A stretch of 64,000 nucleotides of DNA from Candidatus Iainarchaeum sp. (GCA_017609985.1 JAFCCW010000001.1:116189-180188); one strand, 5' to 3'. Counted from the first letter of the stretch, positions 18,800 through 27,485 are shown. Made by a program: numbers and translations. The notes: generated from the letters alone by a model not told the origin.

Positions 18800-19117
18800 T
18801 CAACTAATTTCTTTTTCCAGCTTTTTTATCTCTGCTTCGATTCTTCTTTCTTCATCTGGAGAAAAAGCAGAACCTAATTTTTCTTCAAGTTCTTGAATTC
18901 TTTGAATAACTTTCTCACCACTAGTTTTTTTTCTTAATTCTGCAAGTCTTTCACCAAGCTCTTCTCTTCGTTCAGCTGCCATTCTTGAAGCAATTTCAAA
19001 TCGCGTGCTTGGTCTGTCTGGCGCGATAGGCGGAGCTGGTCTTGGAAACTCAAGTTTTTCAGGTTTGGCAGGTTTTCTTTCCAACATTCTTCTGAACACG
19101 TCTCTAATTCTTCTCAT
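18800..19117 (-). CDS. Hypothetical charged protein
   Basis: ORF only. Confidence 0.45.
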   Translation of the reverse strand: MRRIRDVFRRMLERKPAKPEKLEFPRPAPPIAPDRPSTRFEIASRMAAERREELGERLAELRKKTSGEKVIQRIQELEEKLGSAFSPDEERRIEAEIKKLEKEIS

Positions 19118-19127
19118 TTAATCGCCT

Positions 19128-19835
19128 CTATTTATTTACTGCTTCAAGATTTTTAAGAGTATATTTTTTCATTTCAGTGAACTCGTCTTTTGAAAGAATT
19201 TGCACTGCCTGTTTCCAGTGAACGGAAACAAGATCTCGCTCTCCTGCATCTAGTTTGTAAGGATTTTCAACTGTCTTAATCTTTTCTCTCATATTTAAGT
19301 CTCTTCCGTTCTTGAACAACTCAATTCCCTTAACTTTCAATCCCTTTATTGTAACATCCTTTACTTCTCCCCACTGCACTAGGCACTCTGAAAGATTTTT
19401 CACGATTGAAGAGAGTTCCCTATTCAAGAAATTTATGTGCAGTACATGAAACGAGTGGTGTGGAGTCATTCCCTCTTTGACTGCTGCTGCTTTTTCTTCT
19501 GCAATTTTTTTTGGAAGAAATCCTTTTCCAAGAAAATCCTTTAAAACAAGCCTTTGAAGGTCTCTTTTCTCCACCTGCTCAAGCAAACTGTTTCCAATCC
19601 AGTAAGCCTCTAAAACCTCTGAATCAAATGCACTTAATCCATTCTTGTTAGCAATCATGTTCAAGTAAGGCATTAGTGCGTGAAATTGCTCAAGAGCAGT
19701 TTTCACTTTTTCTTTGTCTGCATCTTCTGGACTATCAATGCATTCTTTAAGCAACGCAGAACAGTCTTGTGGTCCACAGTAGCCAAGCTTGTTTGGAGGC
19801 AAAGAATATCTGCAAACTAGTTCAAGAGAGTTCAT
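19128..19835 (-). CDS. Conserved hypothetical protein with N-terminal LGYCGP motif
   Basis: 235-aa ORF contiguous with the downstream EamA gene. Confidence 0.55.
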   Translation of the reverse strand: MNSLELVCRYSLPPNKLGYCGPQDCSALLKECIDSPEDADKEKVKTALEQFHALMPYLNMIANKNGLSAFDSEVLEAYWIGNSLLEQVEKRDLQRLVLKDFLGKGFLPKKIAEEKAAAVKEGMTPHHSFHVLHINFLNRELSSIVKNLSECLVQWGEVKDVTIKGLKVKGIELFKNGRDLNMREKIKTVENPYKLDAGERDLVSVHWKQAVQILSKDEFTEMKKYTLKNLEAVNK

Positions 19836-20759
19836 CTAAAAAGAGTGCTTGGAAGTGCTTAAATTCTTTGTTCTAATTCGTTCAAGAACACAACCTGCTC
19901 CAGCAATCACTGCAATTCCAGCAATCAATAATCCAAATCCAATTCCCTGCTCAACTGAAACAGGTTTTCCAACAAAAACAAAATTAAGCAAAGCTGTTAT
20001 TGGAAGTCCAAGAAGCAAAATGCTAGAAGCAACTGAAGCAGGCAGTCTCTTAAGCCCAGCATAATAACTTGCAACATACAAGAACAAAAGAAGCGAACCC
20101 GCAAAAACCCAGGCAATGTTTTCAAAGCCAAGGCTTGCAATTCCTGCAATCTCTCCTGTCATTGAAAGCCAGGCAAGAATAAATCCTGCTCCAAAAAACA
20201 TTCTTCCAAATGCAACAATTCTGCTGTTCAACTCTTTTAGCAGGCTCTTACTTAACACTGTTTCAGAAGCCCACAAAAGAGTAGCAACTAATATCATTGA
20301 ATCGGCAAAGGCAAAAGAGGAAATATTTATCCCAAAAAGAAGCACAATTCCGGCAAGAAGCAATCCTGCTCCAACCGCTACTTGCTTGTTAATTTTTTCC
20401 CTGAGAAAGAAAACAGCAAAGAGTGAAACCCAAACAAAAAGAGTTTTGTGAATAAAAGCAGCATTGACTGCACTTGTAATTTTCAAAGCATTAAAGAATA
20501 GCAGAAAAGGAATGCTCCCTCCAATTAAGCCAACTCCAACAAGCTTTGCCCACTGCTTTTTTGAAAGCGCTTTAAGGGCGGAAACTTCCCTGAAAAGAAC
20601 AATTGCTGAAATCAGGAAAACTGCTACTGCGCTGTTCTTCAGCAAAGCAAACAAGCTTGCATTAACTCCTGCAATCGCGAAGCTGTTCAAGAAAATAGAG
20701 AAACCGCTGACAAGAGCAGTAAACAATACAAGAAGTAATCCTGTTCTGTTTAATTTCAT
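19836..20759 (-). CDS. EamA/DMT family transporter
   Basis: About ten TM segments with two EamA-like halves. Start at MKLNRTG. Confidence 0.8.
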   Translation of the reverse strand: MKLNRTGLLLVLFTALVSGFSIFLNSFAIAGVNASLFALLKNSAVAVFLISAIVLFREVSALKALSKKQWAKLVGVGLIGGSIPFLLFFNALKITSAVNAAFIHKTLFVWVSLFAVFFLREKINKQVAVGAGLLLAGIVLLFGINISSFAFADSMILVATLLWASETVLSKSLLKELNSRIVAFGRMFFGAGFILAWLSMTGEIAGIASLGFENIAWVFAGSLLLFLYVASYYAGLKRLPASVASSILLLGLPITALLNFVFVGKPVSVEQGIGFGLLIAGIAVIAGAGCVLERIRTKNLSTSKHSF

Positions 20760-20811
20760 AGAAAACTTTTCTCCACAAAACCATTTAAAGCTTTTGCAGG
20801 AAAATTTCATA

Positions 20812-21138
20812 ATGAAAGCAGGAATTGAAGATATTTTTGAAAAACTCAAAAAGCTCAAAGAACAGAACGCGCACTTCTCTGTTCTCTCAGCTTATCAAGA
20901 AGAAGACGGATTTGTGCTAAACTATTCTCTGCTCAACGAAAAAAACAAGCCAATTGAAGTAGAGCTTAAAATAACAGAAAAAGAAATAGTTCCAAGCGTT
21001 CACGAACTCTTTCCTGGAGCAGCACTATACGAAACAGAAGCACATGAAATGCTTGGAGTAAAATTTGACAAGCTCCAGCGCGCAAAACTGTTTTTGCCTG
21101 ATTCAGCTCCAAAGCACCTGTGTCCTTTGAAGAAGTGA
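20812..21138 (+). CDS. NuoC/EchD-like hydrogenase subunit (orphan)
   Basis: FPGAALYETEAHEMLGVKFDKL matches the NuoC ERE..DM.G..F motif. The track N-terminal extension (20464-20811) is antisense to EamA. Confidence 0.7.
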   Translation: MKAGIEDIFEKLKKLKEQNAHFSVLSAYQEEDGFVLNYSLLNEKNKPIEVELKITEKEIVPSVHELFPGAALYETEAHEMLGVKFDKLQRAKLFLPDSAPKHLCPLKK

Positions 21139-21239
21139 AACCACAACAGGTGTTAACCTCATCATCGCCTATAGAGATGTATAGAGATTATATACTTTAA
21201 AGTTATGCGTTCTTGCTAGGGGTCAGGAAAATAACTTCT

Positions 21240-21965
21240 TTATTTCCAAAGCCAGCCCAATAATCCTTTGCTTTGCTTTTCTGCCTGCGCCAGTTGCTGC
21301 AGTCTGTTTTGCTCTTGTTCAATGTTTTGTATTTGTTCCTGCATTGTTGTCCTTACTGGTTCATCACAACTGCATTGTTCCTTTAGCTGTTTCAAGGTTT
21401 GTATTCTTTCCCTGTTTGTGTTTACCTCTTGTTCAATTTCTCCAGCTGCTTCTTCATCTCCACCGAACAAAAAACGCATGAACCAGTTTCTTTCCTGTAC
21501 CTTTTCCTCGGCTCTTACTGTTGTTTGAACAGAATTATTGAAATCTCTTGCAATTTCCCTGACTTGGGGTCCGATTCTCCCAACAAGGTCTTCCATTACA
21601 ATCAGGGAGTGAACTGCTAACCTTACTTTGTTTTGGTTTTGATAAATATTTTGTTGGCCTGTCTCAAGTCCCTGAAGCTCTTGGTTCATTTGCTGTTGCC
21701 TTTGCTGCATCATCTGACCTAATTCTGCCGAATTGCTGGCTCTCACTTGCTCTCTTTGTTGAATCGTTATTGTTTGTTTATCGCCATTGTTTTGTGTTTT
21801 CTGCTGTATTTGTTGCCCTTGGTCAGTTCCCTGGCCTGGCTGGTTCACATCAGCACCGATTCCTTTTTCCCCGTTGGACATGCCCTGGCTTTCTGCAAAA
21901 ACGCAAGTGCTTGCGAAAAATAGTACAACCAACACCAATAAACTAACACTAATCGTTTTTTTCAT
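21240..21965 (-). CDS. Secreted Gln-rich coiled-coil protein
   Basis: Signal peptide MKKTISVSLLVLVVLFFASTCVFA; Q-rich low-complexity region. Confidence 0.6.
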   Translation of the reverse strand: MKKTISVSLLVLVVLFFASTCVFAESQGMSNGEKGIGADVNQPGQGTDQGQQIQQKTQNNGDKQTITIQQREQVRASNSAELGQMMQQRQQQMNQELQGLETGQQNIYQNQNKVRLAVHSLIVMEDLVGRIGPQVREIARDFNNSVQTTVRAEEKVQERNWFMRFLFGGDEEAAGEIEQEVNTNRERIQTLKQLKEQCSCDEPVRTTMQEQIQNIEQEQNRLQQLAQAEKQSKGLLGWLWK

Positions 21966-21978
21966 TCACTTCACTCAT

Positions 21979-22008
21979 TACCATAATTGTCTGTACCATA
22001 ATTGTCTG
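21979..22008. repeat. 15-bp perfect tandem duplication (taccataattgtctg x2)
   Basis: Read directly; lies 14-43 nt upstream of the ATG of the Gln-rich protein gene. Confidence 0.9.
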
Positions 22009-22127
22009 TAATAAAGTAGTGCTTCATCCTTTTTAAATCTTATAGTTTTAGTGCTTGTTTAGATGAATGAAGCTATCAAATAGTACAATCCAGCGAGAAT
22101 GAATATTATTGCAGCTATTTTCCTGAA

Positions 22128-22759
22128 TCATTTTTCAAAGGTTTGGATTTTGCCGATTACTGTTCCGAGCTTTGTCGCACTGTACACCAAGATAAAAGAG
22201 AAGATTAGTACTGGGAGCCCTGTTGCAAATCCGAATACTGCGGGGAGTACAATCCAGTCTCCTGCTTGCAGTGCTATGGGTATGAACATTCCGAAGAACA
22301 GGACTGCACTGAAGGGGCAGAAAGCCAATGCAAAGATGGCTCCTAAAAGGAAGCTTCCAATAAATCCTTTGTTCGCAAGGTCCTCTTTCAGTTTGTTTAG
22401 CCTGTCACTCCCTTTAAAGAAATTGAATTTGATGACGTCAAGCATTATTATTCCAACTATTAGATTATTATTCCAACTATTAAAAGCAGTGGCCCGAGAG
22501 CTTTTTCGCTGTATTTTTGCAGGAACAGGGCAATGCTTTGGGTGTTTGTTCCAAACCAGATTATTAGGGCTGCAAGCAGAATGTATGTCGCCATTCTGCC
22601 TAAAGTGTATAAGGTTCCGACAAGAAGCGTTTGCTGTTTCCTATTCGTTTTGAAGTGTAAGCAATGGCTGTTATGTTTGTTGTTAGGGGGCACTGGGCTT
22701 ATTGCTGTCATCAAGCCTATGAAGAATGTCGCGATTATGGGAATGTTGCTTGTTCCCAT
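22128..22759 (-). pseudogene. DsbD_2/CcdA-like membrane protein (ArsG-family-like), disrupted
   Basis: Split into two ORFs by a 20-bp tandem duplication. The N-terminal SPC motif is recoverable only in another frame. The second Cys motif AFCPFS is intact. Confidence 0.7.
22444..22483. repeat. 20-bp tandem duplication (attattattccaactatta[g/a] x2) inside the DsbD_2-like gene
   Basis: Read directly; 19/20 identical. Both copies encode LIVGII in different frames. Confidence 0.9.
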
Positions 22760-22786
22760 GGCTTCATGAATGCCATTAAATCCATT

Positions 22787-23367
22787 TTAACTCAAGTCTC
22801 CTGCTAGTTTCTTTTCGATAACTCTCTTCAAATAATTTAGGTAATCCTGCTTGTTTCCTATTTTGTACCATACGCTAGTGTTTTGTTCTTTTTTGAATTT
22901 TCCGTCTGAAGTGTATGTTCCTATCCAGAGTGATGAGCCTGTTGCCTCGTGTTTTTTGACAAGGTTCTGGTTTTCAGGCAATTCTGCATTAATGTGGCCA
23001 AAGATTATTTTGCCTGATGCTAATTGTCTGCAAAGAAGGTGTTAAGCGTTTCCTCTGCGTAGGCTCCAACAGTAATGCATGAATAGCATTGGTTTGTTCC
23101 ATGAAAATGGTAGACTTCTATCTTTTCAATGTTCTCAGATTCTTTTAGTGTTTCTGTTTGTTCGATTGGTGACAAATTGCATGTATCTGAGTCGGTACAA
23201 TCTTCCGCTGCATTAGGGCTTGTGTTTGCATTGCCTACGCAACCTGAAAAAGCAACTGCCAAAATCAGGGCAATTGCAATCGCCCATTTTCCTAATGCAT
23301 TTTTCTTTTGCCATAAGCTGATTGTGTTTTTGCCAGCGTCTTTTTCTTTTGTAATTCTCTTGTGCAT
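22787..23367 (-). pseudogene. Membrane-anchored thioredoxin-fold CxxC protein (ArsF-family-like), frameshifted
   Basis: ...HGTNQCYSCITVG...TFFADN* continues in the -1 frame as (L)ASGKIIFGHINAELPENQ. The downstream ORF has only a TTG start. Confidence 0.65.
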
Positions 23368-23390
23368 TTTCTGCCCTCCAATAACCTGTT

Positions 23391-23621
23391 TTATTGCAAC
23401 ATTTTTTTTATTTCTTCAACGTCTGCCACTTTGCCAGAGCTCTTTATCTCGCCGTCAATGGCTAAGGCGGGTGTTGCCATTACTCCTGCTTCAATTATTT
23501 TGTTTATGTCCGTGACTTTTTCTATTTCCGCTTTTTTTCCAGTTTCTTCCAAAGCTTTTTTTACGTTTGCTTCAAGTTGCTTGCATTTCGGGCAACCGGT
23601 TCCCAATATTTCTATTTTCAT
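23391..23621 (-). CDS. Thioredoxin-fold protein (redox-active disulfide protein 2 type)
   Basis: MKIEILGTGCPKCK...VMATPALAIDGE. Confidence 0.85.
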   Translation of the reverse strand: MKIEILGTGCPKCKQLEANVKKALEETGKKAEIEKVTDINKIIEAGVMATPALAIDGEIKSSGKVADVEEIKKMLQ

Positions 23622-23632
23622 TTAATTCCTCC

Positions 23633-24718
23633 TTAAATCATTCCAAAAATTAATCCTGCAACAGAAGAATAAATCACAACTATTGTAATGTAAGCAATTG
23701 TTTTTTTGTTTCCGAGAACGCTCCTTATAACGAGAATTGCAGGCAGGCTCAATGATGGGCCTGCAAGCAATAATGCAAGTGCCGGGCCCTGGTTCATTCC
23801 CTTTGCAATAAGCGCCTGCATTATTGGCACTTCGGTCAGTGTTGAAAAGTACATGAATGCCCCGAATACTGATGCCAACAGATTTGCTTGGATTGTGTTT
23901 GAGCCGACCCATTGGATTATAATCTGTTCCGGAATGAGGGGCATTATGAACCCAACAACAAAAACGCCGATGAACAAATAAGGAATTAACAGTTTGCTTA
24001 TGCTCCAGGTTTCTGAAAGCCATTCGTTTCTTGTTTTGGTTTTGAATTTCAACAAAACAATTGCTATAGTAATCAATGCTAGGAAACCCATTATTGTCCA
24101 TTTTATTGTTGAATCAATTTGCAGGCCGTTCACTATGAGGATTCCAACCATTGTAGCAAAGAACAAGCCCATAAAAGTTTTTGAGATTTTTTGTTCGGTT
24201 TCTTCTTCTATTGCAATTTCTTGTTTTGCGTTTTTTTCCCTGAAAAGAAAGGCCATTGTCAGGCCAACAAGCCCTGCTAAAGCAATTGCTGAAATCGCTC
24301 TTGCCAATCCAATTTTGAATCCCAGAACGCTTGCAGTAAGAAAGATTGCTGCAATGTTTATTGCTGGGCCGGAGTAAAGGAATGCTATTGCTGGCCCAAG
24401 CCCTGCACCTCTTTTATAAATTCCTGCGAATAATGGGAGAATCGTGCAGCTGCAAACAGCAAGAACAGCTCCAGAAACAGATGCAATCGGGTAGGAAACA
24501 TATGGTTTTGCTTTTCCACCCAGATATTTCAGAACAGCCTGTTTTTTTACAAAAATTGTGATAGCTCCTGCGATAAAGAATGCTGGAACAAGGCAGGTTA
24601 GCACGTGCTGTGTTGCGTACTCGTGCAGTAATGCAAAACCACTTAGCAGTGCATTATTCAGCCACTGGCTTTCAATCGGCATGAAGTAGAATGCAAAGAA
24701 AACTGATACAATAATCAA
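23633..24718 (-). CDS. Permease of the ArsP/PF03773 type
   Basis: Polytopic membrane protein with the AVCSCTILPLFAG motif. Sits in the typical arsR-permease-thioredoxin context. Confidence 0.75.
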   Translation of the reverse strand: MIIVSVFFAFYFMPIESQWLNNALLSGFALLHEYATQHVLTCLVPAFFIAGAITIFVKKQAVLKYLGGKAKPYVSYPIASVSGAVLAVCSCTILPLFAGIYKRGAGLGPAIAFLYSGPAINIAAIFLTASVLGFKIGLARAISAIALAGLVGLTMAFLFREKNAKQEIAIEEETEQKISKTFMGLFFATMVGILIVNGLQIDSTIKWTIMGFLALITIAIVLLKFKTKTRNEWLSETWSISKLLIPYLFIGVFVVGFIMPLIPEQIIIQWVGSNTIQANLLASVFGAFMYFSTLTEVPIMQALIAKGMNQGPALALLLAGPSLSLPAILVIRSVLGNKKTIAYITIVVIYSSVAGLIFGMI

Positions 24719-24744
24719 AAAAATATTTTTTTCTTTTATTTATA

Positions 24745-25053
24745 TCACCTTTTTTTGTACTGCTTGCCGCACGTTTTTTTAATGCAGGATTTTGTGCAAT
24801 CCAAGGAGTTAAGGACACCGCAAACTACAGGGTTTGAAATACTGTAAATAACTTTTTTCCCATTTCTTTCGTGCTTTATTATTCCTGCTTTTTCAAGTTT
24901 TGCCAGGTGAATTGAAACAGTTGACTGAGTTCTTTTAACATGTGGGAAAATTTGGCATACACATCTTTCTCCATCTAAAAGCAGTCTAACTATTTCAAGT
25001 CTTGTTTTATCAGAAAGAGCCTTTAAAATTTTTAAGGTATTATCTTCACCCAT
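24745..25053 (-). CDS. arsR: ArsR/SmtB family metalloregulator
   Basis: wHTH with an ERCVCQI (CVC) metalloid-binding motif and a Cys-rich tail. Confidence 0.85.
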   Translation of the reverse strand: MGEDNTLKILKALSDKTRLEIVRLLLDGERCVCQIFPHVKRTQSTVSIHLAKLEKAGIIKHERNGKKVIYSISNPVVCGVLNSLDCTKSCIKKTCGKQYKKR

Positions 25054-25058
25054 AAAAC

Positions 25059-25115
25059 ATATTGGTGAACATCAATATTTAAAAACATATTGGCGTGTTC
25101 CAATATTTAATATTG
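25059..25115 (-). promoter_or_regulatory. Two 20-bp palindromic operators (ATATTGG-N6-CCAATAT type) plus a half-site, bracketing a TTTAAATA box
   Basis: 25059-25078 ATATTGGTGAACATCAATAT; 25087-25106 ATATTGGCGTGTTCCAATAT; half-site 25109-25115. Minus-strand TTTAAATA at 25076-25083, 23-30 nt from the arsR ATG. Confidence 0.55.
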
Positions 25116-25265
25116 AGCAGGGTTATTCTTTTGAATGCAGATCCTGCCTATTTCCTGTTCTTGATTTCTTCTGCCAGTTTGTTTAGAAATACTTGCCGCA
25201 GTGACCGCACTTTGCATTATCCATTATTTCACCTAATAAGATTCACTGGGAAACATATTAAAAAT

Positions 25266-25688
25266 TCAGGCTTTTTGAATAATTGAAACAGCTTCTTCAA
25301 CAGCTTTCCTTACCTCTTCACTCATTTCGTCGCCGAACTCAATGCTTTTTGCCTGAACAAGCAACAGCCTTACTTCCGGTATTTCTATTTCTTCTTTTAT
25401 GTATCTGACAAACTGTTCAATTGAAGTAGAGTGTGTTGACAGCACTATCTTGTCTGGCAATTTCTCTGTTTCTGTTATTTCTCCTGCTTTGCCTCCAAAT
25501 TCTGCTGCATCAACAATCCAAAGTTTTTCAATTTTTTTCCCTCTCAGTTTGTGCAAAACTCCTTCCGGTGAGTTTCCGCCCCATAAAAGCATTTTTTCAC
25601 TGCCCTGCCGTTCAAGCTCTTTCAGGACAAAGAATGCAAAGCCATCGTCTCCCTTTAGCTCGTTTCCGATGCCAACAACTGCTTCCAT
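25266..25688 (-). CDS. hycI: Hydrogenase maturation endopeptidase (HycI-like)
   Basis: VVGIGNELKGDDGFA motif; 140 aa. Confidence 0.8.
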   Translation of the reverse strand: MEAVVGIGNELKGDDGFAFFVLKELERQGSEKMLLWGGNSPEGVLHKLRGKKIEKLWIVDAAEFGGKAGEITETEKLPDKIVLSTHSTSIEQFVRYIKEEIEIPEVRLLLVQAKSIEFGDEMSEEVRKAVEEAVSIIQKA

Positions 25689-25739
25689 AAAGAGAGGGCA
25701 TACAAAAGGTATTTATGGATTACATTTTCTTAGTTATTT

Positions 25740-27485
25740 ATGGATAATTTGATTTTGTTGTTTGTTAGTGGTCAGGCTGTAATCATTGCTCCGCTCATAG
25801 CCTCTGCATTGCTTTTTTTGCTTGCGCTTGCAACTCCTAAAAAGCAACAGGGAAAGCTTGCCTGGGTTGGAGCAACAGCTGTCTTTCTGACCGGCATTGC
25901 AACATTTTTTGCAGAGCCTGTTTCAAACAGTTTCTTTCTTTTTGACCCGCTTTCAAAAGTATTCACATTTATTCTTGCAGTGATTGCCCCGCTTGTAATC
26001 GTGTATTCAGCAAAGTATATTGAAGTAAAGGAACAAAAGAGATATTTTTCAATAATCTATTTTTTCATTTTTTCAATGTTTTTGCTGGTAATGGCAAACA
26101 ATCTAATCCTTTTCTTTATTGCCTGGGAATTAGTCAGCATTGCTTCTTTCATGCTAATCTCTTTTGAATACAGGGAAAGAAAAGCTGTTTTTGCAGCAAA
26201 CAAGTGCTTTGCGCTAACCCAGCTAGGCGGACTTCTTGTATTAGCTGGTGTAGCCCTGCTTTCTTCAGGAAACATGTTTTCAATTTCAAGCCTTGTTGCA
26301 ATTTCCGGTTCAATCCCTGTTTCAATTGCTTTGCCAGCAGCTCTCTTGATTGCTGTTGGAGCACTATCCAAAAGCTCTATTTATCCATTTAACTGGCTTG
26401 CTGACGCAATGAAGGCTCCAACTCCAGTTTCTGCACTGCTTCACTCTGCTACAATGGTGAATGCTGGAATGTTTATTCTCTTCAAATTCTCTCCACTTTT
26501 CTCAAGATTCTCCGAGGTTTCAATGCTTATAATCGCGCTTGCATTTCTCAGCATGATTTATGCAGGTGTTTCCGCTTTAGTTGAGCGAGATTTCAAGCGC
26601 GTTCTTGCTTTCTCCACAATCCTAAACCTTGGCTATGTTGCAGCCACGTTAATGCTTTTCACTCCAGAGGCAACAGCAGCTGCCCTCTTCCACTTGGTTA
26701 ACCATGCGTTCTTCAAAGCAGGTTTGTTCCTTGCGGCAGGAATAATTATCCTGAAATCAGGAGACCACCTGCTTGACGACCTTGGCGGAGCAGCAATGAT
26801 GATGGGAAAATCAAAATATGCTCTTCTTTTCCTGATTTTTGCAGCTTCCTCTCTTCCAATCACAAACACTTTCTTGAGCAAATGGGCTGTTTACTCTATT
26901 TGGTTGCAAAAAATGCCTTTAGCTCTTCCAATAATTGCTGCTGGAACCATGATCCCGCTTGTTTACTATTCAAAAATTATTAATGTCTTGTTTTATCCAA
27001 AAAACTTCAAGAAAAAGAAGCTCAGCAAGTCATTAACTGTTCCGCTTGCAATAATTACTGGATTCTGCCTGCTGTTTGGAGTAAGCCTTGTGGGTTACAA
27101 CCTGCTTGTGGCTCCAGTAGTTCCTGTTCAACTTGCATTCCCCTTCGACGTAACCCTGGTTTTGTTGTTTGCTTCTCTCTTGCTTGGATTTGCTCTTAGC
27201 GCTGTGAAAAAGACAAGAATTGATTCAACTGGTCCTTTTACCGGGGGAGAAAAGCTTCAGCCAGCTGCGCAGACAATGTTCTTTTTTGGCAAAGACAAGC
27301 AATTTATTAAAAAGATTTCAGGCTTTATTGATATTGACCGGGTTTACTGGATTTTAATGAAATTCTTCTATTATGCTTTTAGAGCAGTAAACTGGCTTGA
27401 AGGATTATTTGAGGAAAAAACAGGAGCAGCGATTGCGGGCACTATTGCAGTAGTATTTGTAATATTCTTTACAGGGGTTTTCTGA
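25740..27485 (+). CDS. NuoL/MrpD/HyfB-like antiporter-type membrane subunit
   Basis: 581-aa polytopic protein with proton-antiporter-like TM core. Confidence 0.8.
   Translation: MDNLILLFVSGQAVIIAPLIASALLFLLALATPKKQQGKLAWVGATAVFLTGIATFFAEPVSNSFFLFDPLSKVFTFILAVIAPLVIVYSAKYIEVKEQKRYFSIIYFFIFSMFLLVMANNLILFFIAWELVSIASFMLISFEYRERKAVFAANKCFALTQLGGLLVLAGVALLSSGNMFSISSLVAISGSIPVSIALPAALLIAVGALSKSSIYPFNWLADAMKAPTPVSALLHSATMVNAGMFILFKFSPLFSRFSEVSMLIIALAFLSMIYAGVSALVERDFKRVLAFSTILNLGYVAATLMLFTPEATAAALFHLVNHAFFKAGLFLAAGIIILKSGDHLLDDLGGAAMMMGKSKYALLFLIFAASSLPITNTFLSKWAVYSIWLQKMPLALPIIAAGTMIPLVYYSKIINVLFYPKNFKKKKLSKSLTVPLAIITGFCLLFGVSLVGYNLLVAPVVPVQLAFPFDVTLVLLFASLLLGFALSAVKKTRIDSTGPFTGGEKLQPAAQTMFFFGKDKQFIKKISGFIDIDRVYWILMKFFYYAFRAVNWLEGLFEEKTGAAIAGTIAVVFVIFFTGVF

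Noticed and set aside
20464-20811. N-terminal 116-aa extension of the NuoC-like ORF
   Set aside because: The extension is antisense to the EamA transporter gene and has no NuoC similarity. The conserved part starts at ATG 20812.
23622-24101. 159-aa ORF overlapping the ArsP-like permease in another frame
   Set aside because: The permease frame gives a coherent polytopic protein with the CSC motif. The alternative frame is a compositional artefact.
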